Below, in pieces: positions 46,660-55,623 of a DNA stretch of 55,623 nt. The stretch is from Crassostrea angulata (lineage: Eukaryota), in the NCBI RefSeq assembly GCF_025612915.1, contig NC_069115.1, positions 8,423,492-8,479,114 of the forward strand, given 5' to 3'. The notes under the pieces were generated by a model that saw only the letters and a program-made list of their open reading frames with translations, was not told the DNA's origin and searched no databases. The position numbers and the translations under genes were made by a program. Within the stretch, counting starts at the first letter, position 1; the number at the start of each line of letters is the position of its first letter.

Positions 46660-47800
46660 AGAAATATTTTAACCCATAGCCTTCAGGCGAATCCAATCCC
46701 TGATGGCACATAAGACCTGAAAGTACACGAAACTTCACTAAAACTGAGTTGGTCAAACTGCATTTAGGACAACATGTGGTATGACGCGATGAACGTGGTC
46801 AACGTAACGGCCACACTCTTCAACAGAGAGTGTTCCAAACGGAACAATTCAATACACTAGTTTTTCCTTCTTCGGTTTCACAAAACTTCTTAAAAAGGTC
46901 TTAATCGCAGACCAGACATTTTCTATGGGATTCAAATCCGGTGATAAAGCTGGGATAGTCATGGCACTCCCTGTCAGTTGGTTCTCCTCCATCCATTGAC
47001 GAATTGACTAACTCGTATGCTCTCTGTCGTCGTCCCACAATCATGGGTTATACTCCCTTTTTGAACAATCAAATTTATGTATATATATTTGGATTGTAAA
47101 AAAAAATGATTTGTTAAAAATCCTCTGCAATTTTTGTTGTTTTTTTTTCAGAGACAAAATGCCGAGAAAGGAAAACATATTTAAAATTCTATAATAGATA
47201 TGCATTTGAATCATCTTTGCATTTGACTTTTACATGTATACTGCTAATGGAATCTACATGTATATTCTTAACCAATGATGTGACTGATTTTTTAACATTT
47301 CAAAAAAGTTACTTTTTACCAGATATATTCAAAATCCATCTGGGTACTTGGCTGCAGTAAAGGGCACTAATAATCCGCAAGAATCTTCTAATAAATTTCC
47401 GAATCCACAATTACAGAAAATATACACACACTAGTTCTTCCTCTGTACGATAGTCAGCCCCACACATTCACCTTGAATGAGTGATTTTGTGTGGTTGCCT
47501 TAGTTGGAAGTTTATCAAAATTGGATCCATGCTTATAGAAAAACAGACGTCCGGAAGTAAACATCTCCACTGTAGACTCATCCACATCACTTGGCCATAC
47601 TACATGTCTTTTGTTGTCCAATTCAGCTTGCAGAGAATAAAGTTAATATTTCACAAACATCACTTATTTGGAGTAGTAATACGTTTCAGGATCTGTAGTA
47701 TTGCTGGTAGGCTTAGCGTTAGGATTAGAATTGCAAGAAACTACAATCAAACTGGTTACATGGTATGACTTATAAAATATAACAATATTATATACAGTAT
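46660..47800 (-). mobile_element. Tc1/mariner-superfamily transposase remnant (pseudogene), with about 300 bp of AT-rich non-coding sequence between the DDE halves
   Basis: Minus-strand translations: LSLPAILQILKRITTPNK (HTH-like, about 47700); VVWPSDVDESTVEMF ... KVNVWG (WSDESKF ... MVWG, first D, 47450-47640); then LWDDDREHTS, RSIRQWMEENQLTGSAMTIPALSPDLNPIENVWSAIKTFLRS, TLSVEECGRYVDHVHRVIPHVVLNAV (46660-47045; compare QDNDPKHTS ... LDWPAQSPDLNPIENLW ... ESMPRR..AVI). Multiple frameshifts. ORF 47481..47768 (+) is antisense to it. Confidence 0.55.
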
Positions 47801-48096
47801 AATGTTCAAAAAACATAAAACATAATCGTTAAAACGCCAAAAAATATTATTTCATTTAATAATATTAAAAATGACTGTCAATGTCTTGTCCTTGTGTTGT
47901 ATAGGTGTTAGGTATTTTAATTCTGGTTTGCACCTAGTGAAAGTCAGTCGCTGTAATCTGTATTGCAGATCTTCTTGTTTGGATTCTTTGATTTCTTGGA
48001 TGATCTAGCTCTTTCTACTCGATATTACTTCTTTAGTTTGTTTGTATTTGAAATTTCGAACGTTTTGTTTATTTTTTTAGCATTCTAATCGTTCAT

Positions 48097-48180
48097 TTTA
48101 AAATTGAAATAATTTCTGATAAAATGTTTCTTTTAATGTCATTTAATTTCTGATAAAATGTTTCATTTAATATCATTTAA
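48097..48180. repeat. Tandem duplication, about 37-bp unit x2
   Basis: gaaataatttctgataaaatgtttcttttaatgtcatttaatttctgataaaatgtttcatttaatatcatttaat. Confidence 0.5.
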
Positions 48181-49171
48181 TAAGTATTTGTATCTCATGT
48201 CGCTGGAAAAAGTTTTGGAGAAATTTTGAATTTTGAGAGGTTGGCGAAAAGTTTATAACTTCTATACACGTTTCTCCTCAAGCCAGGCAATCTAAGGGGG
48301 TGACCAAAAACTGCTTATTGTTTTCAGTCGCACTGTATTTTCATTATGTTGTTCAAAGATTCTGTTAAATAGCTGTTGGTGCAAAGTTCCTTCATAATTA
48401 AACCGGTAATGAGCTGCATGACGTGGCCTATTTAGTTCTGCTTCACCTAGTGCTTGAAATATGTTTCAAACCGAGGTTTTTATTTGTATTAAGCTTTATG
48501 AATCATCACTTTTTTGGTTAAACCACATCGTCCAAATAATATCTTTACTATATTTTCAGTGTTTTTCCTTAAAAATCTATTTTTTTTAAATCATTTGTAT
48601 TGTCTTTCATATGTACATGTACATAAAATGTTTATAATTGTTAAAATGCATTTTAAATGGCTTTGGTTATTGTCTTCTCCCCGTTACTTCCAACGATGAT
48701 GTGTTGTCTATCGTCTGTCTAATGTGTGAAAGGAAAGTAAAGTATGTGTCATAGTCACTGTCATTATGCAACATCATGGTTCCTGGCATTATTGAAAGAT
48801 CTCGCGTCTATCTTTTGAATAACTGACTTTACGTATATGTCAACTCCGAAACAAAGTAAGGATTCAAACCTACAATTGGTTCTCCATTACTACAGTTGGC
48901 TTTTTGATTTGTTCTGTCTTGTAAAGTATTATTAAAGATATCTTTTTTTTTCATTGTAAAAGTTATTTGTTGGATGTATATGAGATTCTGAAGGGAGCAT
49001 GATATTTGATGTGTTTCATCTGCAATGGCAACAAGTTTAAATATATTCGTTCTACCATTTTCCTAAATGCATGATTTTCCTCGTCCTTAGTTTAATACCA
49101 ATTTATTTCATGAAGAATTCTTAATCGTTTTAAGATGTTCTAATATTGTCCACGTCTTTTAGTCCGCCTCT

Positions 49172-49216
49172 TTCCTCTCTCTCTTTCTCTCTCTCTCTCT
49201 CTATATATATATCTAT
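49172..49216. repeat. Compound microsatellite (CT)n-(TA)n
   Basis: tttcctctctctctttctctctctctctctatatatatatcta. Confidence 0.7.
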
Positions 49217-49602
49217 AAACACCACCACCCCCTCCGAAAAAAAAAATCATTTTATAGTGTACTTATAATACCTTTAATACCTTGATGACAGACGGAAAAC
49301 ACAATTCAATAGCCTAGTGGAAAGATCTTTAACACCGCTAACAATTGGATAGAGACTCTCTAGTTTAAACATGATGATAATGTTCTTGGCAATCATGGTC
49401 CATGAAGACAAAAATAACTACTGTCTTAATGCTTTTTCTGACATCTTATCATAGTCTAATGATAAACACAACGAAGTTGCCTTATCTCTGTGCTTCTGTA
49501 TTTTACGCCATTGGATACCATCCCAAACGCTTGCAATTGAGCTATACCGACATGATTTAACTACACACAATGTTATTTAAGGTAAGTAAATTGTACTCTA
49601 CC

Positions 49603-49892
49603 CAGAGTTATCGTTCCTGCTTCGCTCCACTTATACCTCTGTTAACGTTTAAAAAGTAGTGCCACGAAATCATTGGTAATGGAGTATTACTCCGAGAAAT
49701 AGTTCATTGTTGACCTGATTTACCAATATATTCTTTTTATTTCAAAATTTTAGCAAGGCTTTAACATCGAAATGTAGACTGAATACATATAAAACTATAA
49801 TTTATAATATCATGATTGAAATGGGTTTTGCCAAGATTCTTGGCATTTAGACGTTAACAGAGGTGTTGTAGCGCAGCGTAATACGCCCTCTG
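49603..49892. repeat. Imperfect about 45-bp inverted repeat pair flanking about 200 bp; possible MITE
   Basis: Left cccagagttatcgttcctgcttcgctccacttatacctctgttaacgt (49604-49646). The reverse complement of 49851-49892 is accagagggcgtattacgctgcgctacaacacctctgttaacgtc. The two share a perfect 13-bp core (cctctgttaacgt / acgttaacagagg). No TSD identified. Confidence 0.3.
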
Positions 49893-51412
49893 GTGAGAGA
49901 TTGAAAAATAGCGTAAAGTTAAAAGTAAAATTAACTCGTTTCAAAAATAATTATTAAGTCGTACTTGAACACATTCGGATTTTCTGATTTAAGTCGTTTT
50001 AAGAATAGGAAATGTTTATGTTAATTTGGATTATGTGTAGTCGTACCAGAATTATTCCATTTTTTTCTTTTGAATAAGTTACCCTTGTTATTTGTGTAAG
50101 AACTTTGATTTTACAAGTACTTCAAGTTTTACTCTCGACATTAATGGAATACCCACTCGTTGCTTTTGCTCTAGTTTCATCTATTTCTTTTTTAAAAATT
50201 GATTATTTCTTGTTTTATTAACTATGAAGAATTATATTAATTATTTTTTTTTTACCTGGGTAACAGTTTTCAACAGATCCTGCTTTGTGCTATCACTGCT
50301 TTATATTTCTAAGGAATTAACACATTAGCAAACTGTTTTCTGCTACGACACTCATACCGTGTGTCTAAAACCTTCATTATTGTCCGAAATCAGAAGAATT
50401 TACTGTTTTGTGCGGTCTTGGGTCTTTTAAAATTAAATTTGCAATACAGTCGGTATTTTCCTATGTAAAAATTCAAACCGCCATCACGGTCCCGCCCTAC
50501 CACTAGGGACTGTGATTTTGCAAACTTTAATTTATACTACCCGAGGATGCCTCTACACAAGTTTAAGCTTTTCTGGCCAAAAAGTCTCTAAAAGAAGATT
50601 TTTAAAGATATTCTCTATATATTCCCAAGTAAAAATATATCCCCCATTGTGGCACCACCCTACCCCCAGGGACCATGATTTGAACAAACTAGAGTCTACA
50701 TTATCTGAGAATGGTTACACACCAATTTGAACTTTCTTGGGCAAATAGTTTTTAAAAGAATTTTTTTAAAAGATTTTTTCTATATATTCCTATGTTAAAC
50801 TTGATCCCCAATTTGTGGCCCCACCCTACCCCCGGGGACCATGAGTTGAAGAAACTTGAATCTACATTATCTGAGGATGGTTACACGCCAATTTGAGCTT
50901 TCTTGGCCAAACAGTTTATGAGAAGAAGATTTTTAAAGATTTTCTTTATATATTCCTATATAAAAATTTATCCCCCAATTGTGGCCCCAACCTAGCCATG
51001 GGGACCATGATTTGAGCAAACTTGAATCTACACTATCTGAGGATGCTTCCACTCAAATTTGAGTTTTCCTGGTCTAATAGTTTATGAGACGAAGATTTTT
51101 AAAGATTTTCTCTTTATATTCATATGTAAAACTTGATCCCCCAATTGTGGGCCCGCACTACCCCCGGTAACCATGATTTGAACAAACTTGAATCTACACT
51201 ATCTGAGGATGCCTCCATTTTAATTTGTGCTTTTCTGGCCTAATAGTTTTTGAGAAAAAGATTTTTAAAGATTTTCTCTATATATTCCTATGTAAAACTA
51301 GATCCCCCAATTGTGGCCCAATCCTACCCCCGGGGATCACTATTTGAACAAACTTGAATCTACACTATCTGAGGATGCTTCTACTCAAATTTGAGCTTTC
51401 CTGGCCTAATAC

Positions 51413-52210
51413 TTTTTGTCCCCCGCCGCAACGCGGAGCGGGGACATAGAAATGCCGGGCGTCCGTCCGTCCGTGGGTCCGTGTGTCCGTGCGTCCGTCC
51501 GTCACACTTTTTTGTAAGCGCTCTCATGCCTACAAATTTTGACGGATTTTCATTAAATTTATACCAAATGTTTATACCACTATTACCTTGGTCAAGTTCG
51601 AAAATCAGCATTGGTCGATACTTTTTGTTGGCGTTATGGGACTTTGACCACAATCATGACTCCGTTTTATCCAAAAATTGACCTTGTAAGCGCGCTCATG
51701 CCTACAAATTTTGACGGATTTTCATTAAAATTATACCAAATGTTTATACCACTATTACCTTGGTCAAGTTCGAAAATCAGCATTGGTCGATACTTTTTGT
51801 TGGCGTTATGGGACTTTGACCACAATAATGACTCCGTTTTATCCATAAATTGACCTTGTAAGTGCTCTCATGCCTACAAATTTTGACAGATTTTCATTAA
51901 ATTTATACCAAATGTTTATACTACTAATACTTTGGTCAAGTACAAAAATCAGCATTGGTCGATACTTTTTGTTGGAGTTATGGGACTTTGACCACAATCA
52001 TGACTCCGTTTTTTTCCAAAAATTGACCTTGTAAGGGCGCTCATGCCTACAAATATTGACGGATTTTCATTAAATTTATACCAAATGTTTATACCACTAA
52101 TACCTTGGTCAAGTTCCTAAATCAGCATTGGTCGATAGACTCGATACTAGTATACTGCTTGACCGGCGGGGGACCCTGGAATTCTATTCTTGTTGAGAAG
52201 AAGATTTTTG
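51413..52210 (-). mobile_element. Nested HINE-like element of a distinct family, inserted in opposite orientation into a T-run of the host satellite monomer
   Basis: Read on the minus strand: 5' acaagaatagaattccagg|gtcccccgccg (from 52210); about 3.6 copies of its own 172-bp tandem repeat (51514-52140); (GACG/GACGGAC)n (51463-51508); the hairpin gtccccgctccgcgttgcggcgggggac; and aaaaa (51413-51417). The 11-bp gtcccccgccg / cggcgggggac motifs at 51418-51428 and 52181-52191 are inverted. The host monomer sequence cctaatagttttt|gagaagaag is split around the element. Confidence 0.6.
51514..52140. repeat. Tandem repeat, 172-bp monomer x about 3.6 (internal to the nested element)
   Basis: gtaagcgctctcatgcctacaaattttgacggattttcattaaatttataccaaatgtttataccactattaccttggtcaagttcgaaaatcagcattggtcgatactttttgttggcgttatgggactttgaccacaatcatgactccgttttatccaaaaattgacctt repeats at 51514, 51686, 51858 and 52030. 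Confidence 0.8.
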
Positions 52211-52436
52211 AAGATTTTCTCTATATATTCCTATGTAAAACTTGATCCCCCAATTGTGGCCCCACCCTACCCCGGGGACAATGATTTGAACGAACTTGAA
52301 TCTACACTGCCTGATGATGCCTCCACACAAGTTTAAGCTTTTCAGGCCGAATAGTTTTTGAGAAGAAGATTTTTGAAAAAATACCTAAAAATTTACAAAA
52401 AATCTCAATTATCTCCCCTTTAAAGAGGACGTGGCA

Positions 52437-52468
<32 letters not shown>

Positions 52469-52673
52469 TAGTGGTGCTTTGTGCCAAATTTAGTTGAAAT
52501 CTGCCCAGTGGTTCTTGAGAAGAAGATAAAAATGTGAAAAGTTTATAACAACGACGACAACAACGACAGACAACGGACAAATTGTGATCAGAAAAGCTCA
52601 CTTCAGCCTTTGGCTCAGGTGAGCTAAAAATTCCACAACACTCCTAAGTATTCCTTCAACAAATTCTTTATAA

Positions 52674-53143
52674 ATGCATGCCAATTTTTCTACTATTGGA
52701 CATTCATATAACAGCCAATTTCACAGTCAAAAAATGCACTACACAAGGTACAGTAGAAATAATGTTAAGAATTCTTCAAAGATCATAGGGTTACACGGCA
52801 GAAAAACCCGATTGCTGGATGACTTTGCAAAGCAATTTAAAAGGCATACAATAAAAGTACAGCGATTGGCTGCAAGAGACTCTCAGAAGTCGGTAGGAAA
52901 ACTGGAAAGAAACAGTTTGACTGAGAAGAAAAATTGGTGCAAAAAGAAGAAATCTGACGTCTTGGCAGATAATGTAGGCACTTTTCAAAAAGCACTAATC
53001 AAGATTTCTGTCCTCCCTTAGTATTACAAAATCAGAGATTCATTCTGTCCTGTTGACAATCTTAGTGCAACTTGCTGGTTCAATGCATATTTAAAACAAA
53101 CATGGCAATGTCCAATCTCTGCTTGTTTGAAACTGCACCAGTA
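52674..53143 (+). other. ORF interrupted by one in-frame TAG; downstream part carries a cysteine-protease Cys-box-like motif
   Basis: ORF 52674..53021, then the same frame after TAG (53019-53021, inside tgtcctcccttag|): YYKIRDSFCPVDNLSATCWFNAYLKQTWQCPISACLKLHQ*. The motif N.SATCWFNA.L.Q resembles the USP/C19 Cys box (GNTC[YFW].N[SA].LQ), but no His box or longer catalytic domain follows. Confidence 0.2.
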
Positions 53144-53963
53144 AATTTAAACAAAGACAAAATTGATAAAATGAAAGAATATGCATTACGCGGCATTAAG
53201 AACATCAGTATGCAAAAGGCTTTTATCTGCAGGCATTGCCACCAAAGTTAAATAATGTATATATATTACATATCAGATAAGAAAAAAGAAGACATTTAAG
53301 TGCTTAAAATAATTTTGTTTTATTTTCATTTATCTCTATTAAAATTATATATATTACATATCAATGAAAAAACAATAGAAACTGAATTAATGCCAAAAAA
53401 AGAAGACATTATTGCCGAAATTAATTCAAAATTTTTTTTATTTAAATGTAGATTTATTAAAATATTAAATATCTATGGAAATACAAGAGCATCATATGAT
53501 GGAAAATAAAGACAATTAAGTGCTTATTGGTGCAATATCTGGGTTGCAGATTTAGCCTTAAGGAGCTCTTGGCAGTGGAGTGTGTTTAATCAGGTAGCTA
53601 TATTTTTCACTTTTGTTTAACTCTGGATAAAATAACTAGAAACTTCTATCTAAGGTATAAAAAAATATTGATACTGAAAATATCTAGAATTAATTTCTTC
53701 TTCAATTAAAACCAGTAATATTTTTAAAAAAATAATATATAATAGGTGATTTATCAAATGTTCTTTTACAACAAGAACTTACACAATTGTTTTCTTTCAT
53801 TCATAGGCGGGATGTACAAACGACGATCTGGAGGAATGGCACCGCCGTTTGAACCACGCCGCAGAAAAATCAACTTTTCCCCTTTATTTTCTCATCCAGC
53901 TTCTCGAATGGTCCACGTACAGGCCCGACTCCTTCTATCATTCAGGTGTGGTTGAGTTCATTC

Positions 53964-53984
53964 TAACCCCCCCCCCCCCCCCCC
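53964..53984. repeat. Poly-C homopolymer (about 19-21 nt)
   Basis: taaccccccccccccccccccctact. Similar long G or C runs are at 9343-9352, 9368-9381, about 15640, about 18964, 40908-40920 and 43347-43362. Confidence 0.7.
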
Positions 53985-55623
53985 CTACTAATCCATTCTG
54001 GCGAGAAGCTGCGACGTTAGCATCATAAACAGATTGCGGTTCCAAGGACAACTCTTCACGGGATGGGAGGGCTTAGGACTGGGGGAGATGTCGGCATGGA
54101 ACGCTTTTAAGAAGATTTCGCGGATGCAGGCAGCCTTTTAGTTTGTTTTACAGTGCCGTGAAATGTGATATTTAATGTGACAGTAAAGGTTTAATGGGAC
54201 AAGGAAGAAACTTTTTATGCATATTGATTTGTTTTCTATTTATACATCTTTACAAGTTAAGCAACTTCTGGAAGGAATGTTTTGAACAGCTTCAAAAGGA
54301 AACACAAATTTAAATGGGAACCTATTGCAAGATGAAATTCATGCAATAGGAAAAGTGCTGTGCAAGAGACGCAGTATTAAACACATTTTTCATCTCATGC
54401 GATGATATAGCAAACTCCTTCTGTCTTAAAATGCTTGTCCTCTTTGCTTGTCTTAAGGAGTCGATTGCACATTATAGGTGTCGTGACTTCCTGACACAAA
54501 AGTGTATAATTAGAAACAAAATGCCTACAATAGAAAATCTACAATAAGATTTTGATCTTGAAGAATTCATATTTACGACTGTTCTTCTGGTAGGTTAGTT
54601 ATAAGATACAAACTTTGCCTGCTCATCATAGTGGAGAATATGTGGTTTTTATCAACAAAAAAGGAATTAATACATTAATGATTCTATTGGTGAAATCTTC
54701 CAATTCGAGCCCAACAAACTAAAAGATATGGGCATTATATAATATTTTTATAATAGAGTCCTGAGACAGGATTAGTTGAAGTATATCCGTAAAAAGATTT
54801 TCAATCTCTCTTAACCTTCAACTTTAAATATTCAAATATTCCAAAGCAAATCGCAACAGAAAAACAGATAAGAAACTTGCAAGGGTATTTTTACAAGCTA
54901 AATACCAACTAGACAGATTTGCAATTCAGTCCATATCAAATGACACGGATTAGCTCTCGAGTGGCAATATGAATTGCTTAATGAAAAGGCTGTCCATAAA
55001 CAAAAATGAAGATGCTGGATAGTTCTGTCACAAAGTTATCGACAGTGTATCCACTATTCTAAAATGTGACATGTTTCAGCTTCAGCGCAAAAGTGCAATT
55101 TGTTTTCAAAATCGCACAAAATCATTCCAATTAACATCATAATGTTCACTGGATTCTAGTATTGGTGTATGTAAAGGAGAAACAAAAATATTCCCGCGAT
55201 TCCATTGGCAAAAGAAATGGAATGATTCTCTTTCTGTTGTATAGGTAACAAGTCTACGAATTCCTGATGAGACATGGTGAAACATTGAATACTAGTCGCT
55301 GGCAATATGTAGAATACTGCAGTGATTCAAAATTTCTTTTGCAAAAGGATAGCACAATCTGAGGTGTACAGAGTATTCGCCTGTCTAATAGCTAAAGCGG
55401 CTTTGTTTGGAAGAAAGTTGTCTTTGATGAGAAATCATCTTGTTCTTTACACGCGTACGCAGATAACAAGGGAATTATTGTTCAGAAGAATTGAAATTTT
55501 GTTAATTCAAAAATAAATCTTCGTTACGTCAAAAACAAAAGGTCAACTTTTCAATTAATTCTTACATGGTTTAAACGTTTTTCAAGTAATAAAAACAATA
55601 AAGTATTCTAGTTTTGGTAAAAA

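Larger units (their letters stand above)
50455..52630 (+). mobile_element. pearl/Helentron-like HINE-type element (5' truncated) with satellite array, interrupted by a nested element
   Basis: Array 50455-52330 (about 7 monomers). This monomer variant has ...gggaccatgatttgaacaaacttgaatctacactatctgaggatg... Then a (GACA/AACGAC)-type microsatellite (52545-52580), the hairpin gctcacttcagcctttggctcaggtgagc and ctaaaaatt (52630). ORFs 50512..50730, 51381..51653 (-), 51391..51681 and 51611..51853 are repeat artefacts. Confidence 0.65.

Noticed and set aside
12715-52330. Regularly spaced about 165-bp direct repeats, which could superficially suggest CRISPR-like arrays
   Set aside because: The repeats are contiguous monomers with no unique spacers, have satellite-like periodicity and sit within eukaryotic transposon-like elements. 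The window is eukaryotic (introns, LINEs, SINEs), so no CRISPR call is made.
52674-53143. USP-type cysteine protease gene based on the TCWFNAYLKQ motif
   Set aside because: Only the short Cys-box-like motif is present, with no His box or extended domain. An in-frame TAG sits upstream and the surroundings are low-complexity. It is reported only as a low-confidence feature.
1-55623. A prokaryotic operon or defence system (the prompt suggests a possible novel system)
   Set aside because: There is no compact co-oriented gene cluster and no Shine-Dalgarno-like spacing. Large AT-rich non-coding tracts, canonical GT-AG introns, LINEs, SINEs, MITEs and satellite arrays mark this as eukaryotic nuclear DNA. 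The only system-like feature is the cluster of satellite-carrying transposons described above.

Overview
This window looks like a eukaryotic (animal, most likely bivalve-mollusc) repeat-rich accessory region, not a prokaryotic locus. There is no dense ORF packing; sequence is AT-rich with long poly-G/C tracts, GT-AG intron signals and many eukaryotic transposable elements.

The dominant structure is a cluster of at least seven non-autonomous 'pearl'/Helentron-like (HINE-type) elements (14914-16697, 28176-30283, 50455-52630 with a nested copy in opposite orientation at 51413-52210, 12715-13806, 31740-32115, 40463-40925). Each has the same build: a 5' end beginning ACAAGA followed by a terminal-inverted-repeat (TIR) motif, an internal array of ~165-172 bp satellite-like tandem repeats, a (GACA/GACG)n microsatellite, a subterminal hairpin whose second arm is the TIR partner, and a 3' terminus CTAAAAA.

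Other supported features:
- An apparently complete pogo/Tigger DNA transposon (2897-6001) with 21-bp TIRs, subterminal repeats and a TA target-site duplication (TSD), encoding a 438-aa DDE transposase, inserted into the ORF2 C-terminus of a decayed LINE.
- Several further non-LTR retrotransposon (LINE) fragments on both strands.
- A hAT-like MITE with an 8-bp TSD, a TA-flanked Stowaway-like MITE, and a TTAA-flanked TIR element.
- Remnants of a Mutator-like (MULE) transposase and a Tc1/mariner transposase.
- A tRNA-derived SINE and a tandem pair of tRNA-like sequences.
- A DEDDh 3'-5' exonuclease gene with a canonical intron that is truncated at its 5' end by one of the HINE-like elements.
- A YqaJ/lambda-exonuclease-like fragment.
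- Two candidate spliced host genes on the minus strand.

Most ORFs in the six-frame track are antisense or artefacts of tandem repeats.
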